Shown here: piece after piece, positions 40,608 to 50,670 of the stretch
Layout of the letters: each line of letters starts with the position of its first letter
Numbering within the stretch: the first letter of the stretch is position 1
Assembly (NCBI GenBank): GCA_965226055.1
Contig: CBDDCA010000006.1
Coordinates: forward strand, 32,001 to 96,000
Direction: 5' to 3'
Length of the DNA stretch: 64,000 nucleotides
Source: Spirochaetia bacterium
Lineage (GTDB): Bacteria > Spirochaetota > Spirochaetia > WTKD01 > G963693115
Notes under the pieces: generated by a model
What the model was told of the DNA's origin: nothing
Database searches by the model: none
Seen by the model: only the letters and a program-made list of their open reading frames with translations
Program-made: the position numbers and the translations under genes

Positions 40608-41615
40608 TTACTTATTTGTTAGTGCTTGCCTTGTCGTAAGTAAGGTATCCACATTTTGAAGAGTGATCGGAACCCAAGGAACATTATACAGTTTTTGCGT
40701 ACCATTTTCCCAATCTAAATCGTTCCATACATCTGCCTTAGGAGCATAATCATCACCCAACACTGCACGAAGTGCCAAATCCAACGCCCCTTGTGCTTGT
40801 CCAACAGCATCTTGTAATATGCTGTTCATTTCATTATCTTTCACTGCGTACATTGCATCTGTTACCCCGTCTATCCCTGCAATAGCAAAATCTTTTATAT
40901 TCAATCCTGCTTGCTTAATAGCTTGAATAGCACCAAGTGCCATCTCATCATTTTGTCCGATAACACCATTTATCTGTCCTGGATGAGAATTAAGCCAATC
41001 TTCCATTAACGATAATGATTCAGCACGAGACCAGTTTGCTGTTTTCATTTCCAGAACTTGTATATCAGGATACTTTTGTAATACCTTAAGATTGCCTTCT
41101 CTTCTTTGAATTTGTGCAGATTGCCCTATAGGGCCTTCTATAATTACTAGATTGCCTTTGCCTCCCATGCCATCAACAACAGATTGAGCTTCCATAGCAC
41201 CTGATATTACATCATCAGATCCGATATACGAGTACAGCTTATCTGTATTTACCCGAGTATTGGATCCTACAACAGGTATATCAGCTTCTACTGCTAGCTC
41301 TACTGCGGCTACCCCTGCTTCAATATCAATAGGAACAAAAAGTATTGCATCATATCCTTGTGATACCATTGTTTCAAACTGACTGTACTGTACCGATGCA
41401 TCATAGTTACCATCAAAAACAGTAATATCCACTTCGCCTGCAACTACTGCTGGATGTCGTTCCAGTGCAGTTGTCCATAAACGCATAAACTCTCCTTTGA
41501 GTCCATACACAGCCGCTCCCACCTGTACTTTCTTGTTACCTCTGTTACAAGACATAACAAACACAGATATAACTATTGTTAGTATAGTTATCAATACAAA
41601 ATAAAACTTTTTCAT
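40608..41615 (-). CDS. sugar/polyol ABC substrate-binding lipoprotein
   Basis: Lipobox VMSC; KTANWSR, GQNDEMALGA, AGIDG. Confidence 0.88.
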   Translation of the reverse strand: MKKFYFVLITILTIVISVFVMSCNRGNKKVQVGAAVYGLKGEFMRLWTTALERHPAVVAGEVDITVFDGNYDASVQYSQFETMVSQGYDAILFVPIDIEAGVAAVELAVEADIPVVGSNTRVNTDKLYSYIGSDDVISGAMEAQSVVDGMGGKGNLVIIEGPIGQSAQIQRREGNLKVLQKYPDIQVLEMKTANWSRAESLSLMEDWLNSHPGQINGVIGQNDEMALGAIQAIKQAGLNIKDFAIAGIDGVTDAMYAVKDNEMNSILQDAVGQAQGALDLALRAVLGDDYAPKADVWNDLDWENGTQKLYNVPWVPITLQNVDTLLTTRQALTNK

Positions 41616-41633
41616 AAAGCCTCCTTATTATTT

Positions 41634-42608
41634 TTATTCATTAGTATATCGTAAAGAATCTAACATCACTGCAAGAATGATAATAGAGCCTTTTATCACT
41701 TGTTGAAAATAGGAAGAAACTCCCAGTAAATTCAAGCCATTATTTATGACTCCTATAATCAATACGCCAAATATCGTTCCAATGAGAGTACCTTTTCCTC
41801 CCTTTAAGTTTGTTCCACCAATGACCACAGCTGCAATTGCATCTAACTCGTACGCTTGCCCTGCTTGTGGTAGTCCCGCAGTGGTACGTGCAGTAATAAT
41901 GATACCTCCCAAAGCTGCCATAATGCCAGAAATAACATACACTGAAAAATATATTATTTTTATGTTTATTCCCGATACCCAAGCACTTTTTTCATTTCCT
42001 CCCACTGCATATACATATCTTCCATAGCTTGTGAAATAAAGCAGAATATATAACAAAACAAATGCCACAAATACAATCACCACAGGGAAAGGAATACCTC
42101 CCAACAATGTGCCTTGCCCTAATTGTAAAAACGAAGGACTCAACTGAGGAATAGGTTTGCCATCAGAATAAATATAGGTAATTCCTCTGGCAATACTAAG
42201 CATACCAAGTGTTACCACAAAAGCAGGTACTCGTAGAAAGGCAATAAAAAACCCATTCACTGCCCCCAAAATGATACCTGATAGTATGGCAAGCATCACT
42301 ATTACAGAAACTGGGTACACGGTTCCTCCGCTGGTACTACTTGCAAGGCTTGCCGCTACTACCCCAGAAAAAGCAAGAATAGAACCAACAGATAGATCTA
42401 TGCCTCCTGTAAGAATTACAAAAGTCATTCCTAAAGACAAGAGCCCGTTTATTGATATTTGTCGTAAAACATTTATGAGATTTCTTGATACTAGAAAATT
42501 TGGTGTTGCTATGTATAATGCTAAGCACAGTACAAAAAATACAAGCACAATGCCATACTGAGAACTTATATTTTTAGATATATGCTTAATACTGTGTATC
42601 TTACCCAT
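41634..42608 (-). CDS. sugar/polyol ABC permease
   Basis: GGIDLSVGS, PAFVVTLG, GRYVYAVGGN, YELDAIAAVVIGG. Confidence 0.9.
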   Translation of the reverse strand: MGKIHSIKHISKNISSQYGIVLVFFVLCLALYIATPNFLVSRNLINVLRQISINGLLSLGMTFVILTGGIDLSVGSILAFSGVVAASLASSTSGGTVYPVSVIVMLAILSGIILGAVNGFFIAFLRVPAFVVTLGMLSIARGITYIYSDGKPIPQLSPSFLQLGQGTLLGGIPFPVVIVFVAFVLLYILLYFTSYGRYVYAVGGNEKSAWVSGINIKIIYFSVYVISGIMAALGGIIITARTTAGLPQAGQAYELDAIAAVVIGGTNLKGGKGTLIGTIFGVLIIGVINNGLNLLGVSSYFQQVIKGSIIILAVMLDSLRYTNE

Positions 42609-42616
42609 AATGTCTC

Positions 42617-44101
42617 CTATGATATTAAACGCATAAATTCTTCTTGATCAAAATCAGCTCTTTCTCGCTCTGCAACAATACATCCTTTCTTACACAACAG
42701 CACTCTATGGGACATTGCCAATATCTCTGGAAGTTCAGAAGAGACCATAATAATACCTCTTTCATCCTCAATATATTTATTCATAAATTGATATATTTCA
42801 TGCTTTGCTCCTATATCAATACCACGTGTAGGTTCGTCTAATAAGAGCACAGAAGGGCTTGTTAGTACCCATTTTCCTATTACTACTTTCTGCTGATTAC
42901 CTCCACTCAGACTGTTTGTTGCCTGTGCTTGAGACCTTGCTTTTATATTAAAGGCATTCATTGTTGCAGTAACTTTTTGTCTTTCTTCAAAACGCTTTAT
43001 AAATCCTCCAAAAGAAAGAGAAGGAAGAGAAGAAAGAGTGAGATTGCTACGAATGGGATGATCTATGATAAGCCCCATTTCTTTTCTATCTTCAACGACA
43101 AAACCAAGTCCAGATGATAATGCCCTTGCTGGAGTACTACAATCTATTTCTTTTCCTTTAAGCAATACAGAGCCTTCATCAAACTTCTCTATCCCAAATA
43201 GCATTTTGAGAAGCGTGCTTCGACCAGACCCCATCAGTCCAAATATACCAAGTATTTCTTTTTTATGGAGCGTAAAACTAGTGTGAGTAAAGCGTTGCTT
43301 TTTTGAAATAGTTACAACATCCAATAGAGGACTTTTTTTTTGCAAAGGCTTTGGAGGAACAAAATATGAGCTACTTATCTTTTGTCCTATCATATTGTAC
43401 ACAAGCTCATCAGAGGAAAGATCAGCAAGATGAGTGCTTATAATATGATGTCCATCCCTTAAAACAGTAACATCATCAGCTATGGTGTATATCTCATTCA
43501 TTCTATGAGATATATATATTATAGTTCTATCCTCTTGTTTTAATTTACGTATGATAGCAAATAATCTCTGTGTTTCTTGTTCTCCAATGGCCGATGTTGG
43601 CTCATCCATTATTATGACTTCAGAATTATACGAAATTGCTTTGACAATTTCTATCAGCTGTATTTGCGCAATACTCAACTCGCGTAGCTTTTTTGAGACA
43701 TCAAAATCTAAATCAAAATAGGAAAGTGCTTTTTTTGCTTTTGCATACATTAGCTTTCTGTTAAGAAAACCCATTGTAGCAGGTTCTCTTCCTAAGAAGA
43801 TATTTTCTGCTATAGTCATGTCAAGCAGAGGATTAAGCTCTTGTGCTATTGTTGCTATACCCCCATACAAAGCATCATGGGGCGAGTTCCATTGTATTAC
43901 TGTATCATCAAGAAGAATCTTTCCATCATATTTTTTTATCTCTCCACTTAAAATTTTCATAAGGGTAGATTTTCCTGCCCCATTCTCTCCACACAGTGCA
44001 TGAACAGATCCTTTCGCAACAGTAAAGGAAACATCACTTAATGCTTGTATGCCTCCAAAACTTTTAGAAACATGCTGTATTTGAAGAGCATTTTTATTCA
44101 T
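42617..44101 (-). CDS. sugar/polyol ABC ATP-binding protein
   Basis: [29 protein letters not shown]. Confidence 0.92.
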   Translation of the reverse strand: MNKNALQIQHVSKSFGGIQALSDVSFTVAKGSVHALCGENGAGKSTLMKILSGEIKKYDGKILLDDTVIQWNSPHDALYGGIATIAQELNPLLDMTIAENIFLGREPATMGFLNRKLMYAKAKKALSYFDLDFDVSKKLRELSIAQIQLIEIVKAISYNSEVIIMDEPTSAIGEQETQRLFAIIRKLKQEDRTIIYISHRMNEIYTIADDVTVLRDGHHIISTHLADLSSDELVYNMIGQKISSSYFVPPKPLQKKSPLLDVVTISKKQRFTHTSFTLHKKEILGIFGLMGSGRSTLLKMLFGIEKFDEGSVLLKGKEIDCSTPARALSSGLGFVVEDRKEMGLIIDHPIRSNLTLSSLPSLSFGGFIKRFEERQKVTATMNAFNIKARSQAQATNSLSGGNQQKVVIGKWVLTSPSVLLLDEPTRGIDIGAKHEIYQFMNKYIEDERGIIMVSSELPEILAMSHRVLLCKKGCIVAERERADFDQEEFMRLIS

Positions 44102-44874
44102 TATTGAATTGAATATCCACCATCAATAAGTATATTTTCACCGTGTACCATATCAGATGCAGCACTGGATAAAAACATAACTGTTGCAGCAATTTCTTCT
44201 GGAAAAGCAAAACGTTTGGTAGGTATTTTTTTCTTCATATCTTCTCCTACTTTTCCTGCCCATGCTTTTTTGCCTAGTTCAGTTAACACCACAGTAGGAG
44301 ATACTGCATTGATATTAATATTATATTTTCCCCATTCAAGAGCCATCACCTTTGTCATAGAAATAATACCAGCCTTGCTTACACAATATGCTACATGTTT
44401 ATCTAATGCTATAACCCCTGCCTGCGATGCAATATTTACTATTTTTCCTTTTTTTCTTTGTATCATTTCTGGAACAAAGGCCTGAGTTACAAAAAAAGCT
44501 GCACTGAGATTTACTGCAAGTGTCGCATCCCAATGCTCCTTAGCAAGCGTTTCTGCTTTTTCTAACACGGCAATACCTGCATTGTTGACAACAATATCCA
44601 CTTGAGGAAAAGCATGCAATGCTGCTTCTTTCATCTGCAAAAGAGAATGAGTATCGGTAATGTCACATTCAATACCAGTAGTTTTTATTTTATATTTTTT
44701 TGCAAGAGTATTTGCTTTCTCTCCTATATCTGTACTTTTATCAACAAGTATAATGTTGGCTTTGCTTTGTGCAAACATTTCTGCTATTGCATACCCTATA
44801 CCTGTAGCTGCCCCAGTAATAAGAACAGTCTGCTTTGAAAAATTATATGTTATGTTATATTGCTTATCTGCCAT
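44101..44874 (-). CDS. SDR oxidoreductase, GolD/D-threitol dehydrogenase-like
   Basis: TGAATGIG, NNAG, YCVSK catalytic motif, VSPTVVLTELGKKAW. Confidence 0.82.
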   Translation of the reverse strand: MADKQYNITYNFSKQTVLITGAATGIGYAIAEMFAQSKANIILVDKSTDIGEKANTLAKKYKIKTTGIECDITDTHSLLQMKEAALHAFPQVDIVVNNAGIAVLEKAETLAKEHWDATLAVNLSAAFFVTQAFVPEMIQRKKGKIVNIASQAGVIALDKHVAYCVSKAGIISMTKVMALEWGKYNININAVSPTVVLTELGKKAWAGKVGEDMKKKIPTKRFAFPEEIAATVMFLSSAASDMVHGENILIDGGYSIQ

Positions 44875-45007
44875 GGTTGACTCCTATAACTACAATTTTA
44901 TAAATGAGATTGTATTTTCCATTACATACAACAGCAATACTTTCATTCATTTACTTAAATAGTAGCATACTCATATAAGAATATCAAGTATAGTGGAAAT
45001 TCGAGCA

Positions 45008-45109
45008 CGAGTTCAAATATTAAATGCGACAGAGGAGCAAAAAAAGAGCAAGCAAAAATAAAAAAGGAGAAAAATTAGCTTTTGATGTGGCTTTTAGTTC
45101 TTAAATCTG
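45008..45109 (+). mobile_element. MITE / internally deleted derivative of the IS30 at 55937
   Basis: About 63 bp match the IS30 left end (cgagttcaa..ttaaatgcgaca..ggagcaaaaaaag..aaaaataaaaaaggaga). They join a degenerate right end (tgtggcttttagttcttaaatctg versus tgtcgcatttagtccttgaatccg). CA flanks both sides. Confidence 0.8.
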
Positions 45110-45128
45110 CAAATAAGGAGTATATTGC

Positions 45129-45854
45129 TTACTTTAATGTAAAAAGTACTTGTACAGATACCTTTATATTTGCAGAATCCTGTATAGTAGAGTTTGTCAT
45201 CCTTGCAGAAGATTCAAAGCTATCGGAAAACATCATGCCTTTTCTCTCGTAAGGAATTTGATTTTCGGGGTATAGCTCTTCAATATAAGACACTGCTTGT
45301 ATGCTACGATCAGATGCCATAGCAAGTACTTCTGCTTTTTCCTGTGCCTGCTGTAGAGCAAGCTTTAATGCAGTATTATAGTACTTTTTATCAGTAGAAG
45401 GAAGGTACTCTATCGAATTTATCTCCTCAATAGAACTCTTAGTAAGAGCAGCAAGTACCTCTGAGTAATCATCAATATCTTCTAGCTTAAGAACAACACT
45501 ATCTCTTGCTCTAAAACCAGAAAATTTTCTTTCATCTTTTTCATATATATATTCTGGATAGAGCGTAGAGTTTTCAGTAATAAGTTGTGTTTTTTTGATA
45601 TTGAAATTGAATTTTAATAATGACGCAATGGTATTGATAACCTTGTTGTTTCTTTTTTGGGCATTACTGCCACTTTTTTCTAAACTTGTCACTGCAAAAC
45701 GTATTGCAATATATTCTACAGGCACACTTACCTTTCCTTCGCCATACACAAGGATACTATCCTGATTATCCATAGAATAACTTTGTGTAAAAACAACAGG
45801 GCTTACCAAAAACAACACTACACATACAACATTAAAGATATAGACTTTATTCAT
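45129..45854 (-). CDS. SIMPL/DUF541 (BP26-like) periplasmic protein
   Basis: Signal peptide; ILVYGEGKVSV, LYPEY, ALKLALQQAQEKAEVLA, VSVQVLF. Confidence 0.82.
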   Translation of the reverse strand: MNKVYIFNVVCVVLFLVSPVVFTQSYSMDNQDSILVYGEGKVSVPVEYIAIRFAVTSLEKSGSNAQKRNNKVINTIASLLKFNFNIKKTQLITENSTLYPEYIYEKDERKFSGFRARDSVVLKLEDIDDYSEVLAALTKSSIEEINSIEYLPSTDKKYYNTALKLALQQAQEKAEVLAMASDRSIQAVSYIEELYPENQIPYERKGMMFSDSFESSARMTNSTIQDSANIKVSVQVLFTLK

Positions 45855-46168
45855 ATAACTAGTATATCATAAAAACTACTTGAAATACAAATAGCAACAA
45901 AAAAGTGTATCTATGAGCTCATTTTCTTGAAATGACTAAGAAATATTCCCCTATTACAACATTATATGCTCAAAAAATAGCATAATTATGTTTCATTTTG
46001 CTTCATCCTGTTCGGACTCTCTTTATAAGAGTTTCATAATTACTCATATACAATCTTTTCTATTTTTTTGTGAGTAATAAATAGCCATCTTTCTTGTACC
46101 TCTCTATAACAAGAAAAATAAATTATTATATAACAAAGATTTAGCATATAATTCTCATAGTCAAAAAA

Positions 46169-46185
46169 TTGGCACGCAAATTGCA
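46169..46185 (+). promoter_or_regulatory. sigma54 (-24/-12) promoter
   Basis: TTGGCACGCAAATTGCA matches TGGCAC-N5-TTGCW and lies ~55 bp upstream of the hsp20 start. Confidence 0.75.
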
Positions 46186-46240
46186 TATATAAAGTGTATG
46201 GTAAACATACAAAAATAAATAATAATAAAAGGAGGCTTAT

Positions 46241-46651
46241 ATGAGCTACCACACTAATTTCTTACATACCCTATATGGAACAGGAGAACCATGTTGTGAA
46301 ATAGGACAACATCCTATTCACAGATTTCTCCGTTGTTGCAATATGGAAAATGACAGTAATACCATTGTCAATACAGACAATGAGTATGTTGTATCACTTG
46401 ATGTTCCAGGAGTTTCGAAAGAAAACCTAGAAATAAAGGTAGACGATAGAGTGCTTACTGTAAAAACTCAGTATGAAAATAAAGAGGAACATAGCAGTGA
46501 GCAAAGGAAGTACATGTACTCTATCAAAATTCCTGAAGACAGCGATACAGAAAACATTGACATTGTGCTTAATCAAGGCGTGTTAAAAATAACAATGCCT
46601 AAAAATGAAAAAGCAAAACCTAAACTTCTTGAAATAAAAGAAGTCGCATAA
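46241..46651 (+). CDS. small heat-shock protein Hsp20
   Basis: LDVPGVSKENLEI, LNQGVLKITMPK; RBS AGGAGG. Confidence 0.9.
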   Translation: MSYHTNFLHTLYGTGEPCCEIGQHPIHRFLRCCNMENDSNTIVNTDNEYVVSLDVPGVSKENLEIKVDDRVLTVKTQYENKEEHSSEQRKYMYSIKIPEDSDTENIDIVLNQGVLKITMPKNEKAKPKLLEIKEVA

Positions 46652-46686
46652 TACCTCCTAGTACGATACATTTTGTACTACTCTCT

Positions 46687-46710
46687 GGGACAGCTTTTGC
46701 TGTCCCTTTT
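46687..46710 (+). terminator. intrinsic terminator of hsp20
   Basis: gggacagc-tttt-gctgtccc followed by a T run. Confidence 0.75.
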
Positions 46711-46730
46711 ATTTCATAGTTCACTATATA

Positions 46731-47609
46731 CTAACAGACTAATTTATATGTTGGGGATGTTTTCCAAATGCCTACTAGCCCTTCTGTGTCATGTAAAGAA
46801 ACAAAATCAGCTTGTGTGTGCCTAATCTCTGTAAATACAATATCAGGCATCACTCCCATACTCACTTTTTTTCGCACAATAGCTTCATCTGTATAGCAAC
46901 GTTTCAGTATATGTATTCTTTCTAGTGCTACATCGGGACTCATTACACAGGGACATTCCACTTGCAGAGACTGTATTGAATATAAGGCACATGACTCTTG
47001 TAATGAAATATCAGCAATGCTCCCTCTCTCAAGTCCAGATAGGTATGCTACCGAATTACAGCACTGTGCTATATCACGTGCAAGAGAACGGACATAGGTA
47101 CCACTTGAAACATGCAGAAACAATGTAAGCACAGGAGCTTCATACTTGATAATTGAATAAGAAAAAATATTCACCTCACGTGGAGCTACTTCAAACTGCT
47201 CTCCTCTTCTTGCTCTTTTAGATGCCCGTTCCCCATGTATATGCACAGCAGAATACTGTGGAGGACTTTGTAAAATAGTGCCAGTAAAATGGAGGGAAAG
47301 AGCTTTTTCAATATCTTTTAACTGAGGAACAGAGGCTTCTGCTATGACAGTTCCTTCGGGATCTAAGGTATCTGTAGTTTTTCCAAAACAAATTTCTGCA
47401 ACATATGTTTTAGGCAATCTAAGAAAAAATTGGCTTAATCGTGTAGCTTTATTAAGCAGAACAATGAGTAACCCTGATGCAAATTTATCTAAAGTACCAC
47501 AATGCCCAATTTTCTTACATTGCACACTTTTTTGTACTTGTTTAATTGCTGTATGAGAGGTAATGCCTTTTGGTTTATTGAGTAACAAAACAAGAGGATG
47601 AGAAAGCAT
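46731..47609 (-). CDS. truB: tRNA pseudouridine(55) synthase
   Basis: KIGHCGTLDKFASG, TDTLDPEG, PPQYSA, SSGTYVRSLARD. Confidence 0.93.
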   Translation of the reverse strand: MLSHPLVLLLNKPKGITSHTAIKQVQKSVQCKKIGHCGTLDKFASGLLIVLLNKATRLSQFFLRLPKTYVAEICFGKTTDTLDPEGTVIAEASVPQLKDIEKALSLHFTGTILQSPPQYSAVHIHGERASKRARRGEQFEVAPREVNIFSYSIIKYEAPVLTLFLHVSSGTYVRSLARDIAQCCNSVAYLSGLERGSIADISLQESCALYSIQSLQVECPCVMSPDVALERIHILKRCYTDEAIVRKKVSMGVMPDIVFTEIRHTQADFVSLHDTEGLVGIWKTSPTYKLVC

Positions 47610-48052
47610 TATTCTGTCTTTTGTGTATCTATTTCTTGTGTATTTATCTCTTGTGTATCTGTCTCATTTGTGCTTTCTTTTTCTGTTTCTGGTACTTTTT
47701 CTGTTACTGTTTCAAGGGTTTGAATTGTATCTAATACAGTATTTGCTTTTATAAGTACATCAGTTGCCTTAAAAAACAGCTTGGGAGTGTATTTCCATGT
47801 ATGCTTTTTTGCTATAGTGTGTTGTATAAAACCGCGTGCATGATTTAATATATCAGCATTCTGTTGTATTTTTTCTAGTTCAAAATACGCTGATACATAT
47901 ACAGCACAAGAGGTTAAATCTTTACTGAGTGTGGCTTGTACCACAGATATTCTATGCGACAAACGAGGATCTTTTATTTTACCAGTAATGATAAGAAAAT
48001 TAATTTCCTCAAGTAAAATCTGTTGCATCCGTTCAACTTTATGGGTAAACAT
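47609..48052 (-). CDS. rbfA: ribosome-binding factor A
   Basis: KDPRL, LSKDL, LNHARGFI, YTPKLFF; position between infB and truB. Start placed at ATG 48052 after AGGAG. Confidence 0.88.
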   Translation of the reverse strand: MFTHKVERMQQILLEEINFLIITGKIKDPRLSHRISVVQATLSKDLTSCAVYVSAYFELEKIQQNADILNHARGFIQHTIAKKHTWKYTPKLFFKATDVLIKANTVLDTIQTLETVTEKVPETEKESTNETDTQEINTQEIDTQKTE

Positions 48053-48124
48053 AAAAACTCCTGTGTTCCCTTGTATAGTTTTTTGTATATACAATAATAA
48101 TCAATAATAAAACATTAGCTTCGC

Positions 48125-50506
48125 CTAAAGAGTACGAGCTATAGTGATTTCCTTAAACACCTTTATCGTATCTCCAACCTTAAAATCATTAAAGCTATCA
48201 ATACCTATACCACACTCAAAGCCCTTATCAACACTACTGACATCATCTTTGAGACGTTTTAATGATGATATATTTCCAGAAAATATGTTTGCATTATCTC
48301 TAAATACCTTTGCTATAGCATTACGTTCTACCACTCCACTTAGTACCTTAGAACCAGCAATAGTACCAATTTTAGAAATCTTAAATATATCTAATACTTC
48401 AATTTCAGCAATTTCTTCTTCTTTTATTTCTGGGCGTAATAATGAGTTTAATTTTTCGGTAGCTTTTTCTATAATAGTAAAAATAATACTGTGACGATCA
48501 ATAGTCACTTTTTCTTGTAATGCAAGATGAGAGATTTTACTATTTGGTCTAATATTAAAAGCAATAATATCAGCATGACTTGTAGAGGCAAGCATAATAT
48601 CACTTTCATTGATCTGACCAGTCGATGATTGAATAACCTTTACTTTTACTTCATCATTTCCTAAAAGGGATAAAGCACTCTGAATTGCTTCAACCGAGCT
48701 ATATACATCCCCTTTAATAAGTACATTATAGTATTCTACCTTATCTGCTTCAATCGTAGAATATAAATTATCGGTGGTAACTTTGGTAACATTTTCACTT
48801 GCGGTATGCCTATCTAACTCCTGCCTATTTATTGATACTTGCTTTGCTACTTTTTCACTCTCAGTAACTTGAAAAGGATCTCCTGCAGAAGGAGCTTCTT
48901 CTACTCCAATAAGCTCAACAGAAACACCAGCAAAACATTCTTTAACACTATTTCCTAGATCATCATAAATAGCTCTCACTTTTCCATTATAAATACCAGC
49001 AACAAAAGGATCGCCTACCCGTAATATTCCATTTTGAACAAGCACTGTTAATACAATACCTCTCCCTTTTTCGATTCTAGATTCTAAAATAGTACCTTTT
49101 GCTTTTGCTTTGTTGCTTGCTTTTAAGTCTAACATTTCAGACTGCAATAGTACCTGTTCAAACAAATCATCAATACCAGTATTCTTTAATGCAGAAATTC
49201 GGCACACAGGAATATCTCCTCCCCATTCTTCGGGAAGCAAATTATGCTCACTTAGCTCTTGTAAAATCTTCTCTTCATTGATATCAGGCAAGTCCATTTT
49301 ATTTAAGGCAACAACAATGGGAATCTTTGCTTCTAACGCTAAACGAATAGATTCTTCGGTCTGAGGCTTAATTCCATCGTTAGCCGCTATCACCAGTACA
49401 ATAATATCGGTAATAGAAGCTCCTCTGGAGCGAATCTTAGAAAAAGCAAAGTGGCCTGGAGTGTCAAGTACGGTAACAACCGAATCTTTCACTTTCACTT
49501 GATATGCACCAATATGCTGAGTGATACTTCCATGTTCATTTTCAACTACATTGCTCCCACGTAACAAATCAAGCAAAGTTGTCTTTCCATGATCAACATG
49601 TCCCATAATAGTAATTACAGGAGAACGAGATATTATAACATCATCTTTTATTTCAGTCTCTTCAATAATTGTCTGTTCATATAAAGAAATAAGCTCAACT
49701 TCACATTCATATTCTGCAGCAAGCAACTGTGCTGTCTCATAATCTATGGCAGAGTTAATAGTAGACATAGTACCTAAAGACATAAGTTTTGTAAGAAGAT
49801 CCGATGATTTTAGATTCATTTTCTTTGCAAGCTCTGCAATAGTTATCGTTTCCATTATCTTTATTTTTTTAGGAACAGGGTTTAGCTGATGCACTGTTTT
49901 TTTGCTTACAAACTTAATCTGCTTTTCTTTGTCTTGCTTCTTTTTACTAATAAAAACTCTCTTTCTGGTAGTTTTATAGCTCTTTTTACTAGCATTTGAT
50001 GAAGCAAAACTTTTTTGTTGCGACTCTTGAGAGGCAAACTGTGTACCAGAAGGACTTGTGCTTGATCCTTTATTCTGATTTACAGAAACAGTTTCTCTTG
50101 AAGCATTCTGACGACTCGTTCTTGGTGTCCTAGTTTTTTGCTTCTCTTCTTCAATTTTTTTCTGTTCCTCTTTTGCTTTCTTTTTAGTACTTGTACGTAG
50201 ATCAGTAACTCCAACAGTATCAGGTAATATTTTCTCTCCATATAAAGATTTAACTACATTACTATTTCTAGGATTAGGACTTACTGAGGTACTGTCTGAT
50301 GACTTATGTGTCTCAGGGACACTCTGAGATTTAGAAGATTTTTTCAGTGTTATCTTCAGCTTTTTTTTAGTATCTTTTTCTTCAGAATTATTTGTAGGTA
50401 TAGCAGTAGCAGGTTTATGTATGAGCTTTGACTTTACATTCCTTTTCTCTATAGTATTTTCCGAAGTATTTTCTGATGTAGTGCCAGTATCTTTGTTATT
50501 TGACAT
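48125..50506 (-). CDS. infB: translation initiation factor IF-2
   Basis: MGHVDHGKTTLLD, ITQHIGAY, DTPGH, NKMD, GFECGI. Confidence 0.97.
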   Translation of the reverse strand: MSNNKDTGTTSENTSENTIEKRNVKSKLIHKPATAIPTNNSEEKDTKKKLKITLKKSSKSQSVPETHKSSDSTSVSPNPRNSNVVKSLYGEKILPDTVGVTDLRTSTKKKAKEEQKKIEEEKQKTRTPRTSRQNASRETVSVNQNKGSSTSPSGTQFASQESQQKSFASSNASKKSYKTTRKRVFISKKKQDKEKQIKFVSKKTVHQLNPVPKKIKIMETITIAELAKKMNLKSSDLLTKLMSLGTMSTINSAIDYETAQLLAAEYECEVELISLYEQTIIEETEIKDDVIISRSPVITIMGHVDHGKTTLLDLLRGSNVVENEHGSITQHIGAYQVKVKDSVVTVLDTPGHFAFSKIRSRGASITDIIVLVIAANDGIKPQTEESIRLALEAKIPIVVALNKMDLPDINEEKILQELSEHNLLPEEWGGDIPVCRISALKNTGIDDLFEQVLLQSEMLDLKASNKAKAKGTILESRIEKGRGIVLTVLVQNGILRVGDPFVAGIYNGKVRAIYDDLGNSVKECFAGVSVELIGVEEAPSAGDPFQVTESEKVAKQVSINRQELDRHTASENVTKVTTDNLYSTIEADKVEYYNVLIKGDVYSSVEAIQSALSLLGNDEVKVKVIQSSTGQINESDIMLASTSHADIIAFNIRPNSKISHLALQEKVTIDRHSIIFTIIEKATEKLNSLLRPEIKEEEIAEIEVLDIFKISKIGTIAGSKVLSGVVERNAIAKVFRDNANIFSGNISSLKRLKDDVSSVDKGFECGIGIDSFNDFKVGDTIKVFKEITIARTL

Positions 50507-50670
50507 ATAGTAATGATTATACTATGTATTGATAAAAGTGTACACTAGCCTACAGCAAGTGCAGAATCTGAGAATACCCCATAGCTTGATGTACAGCTTG
50601 ATATACAGCCTAATATATATCTTGTATACACAAGACTATGAATAGTCCGTGTCAATCCAATAGTGCCGTG

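Noticed and set aside
46141-46167. Possible CIRCE (ttagca...) upstream of hsp20
   Set aside because: Only a partial left arm; no GAGTGCTAA right arm.
50583-50611. 12-bp tandem repeat agcttgat(g/a)tac between nusA and infB
   Set aside because: Only about 2.5 units, with no supporting structure or function.
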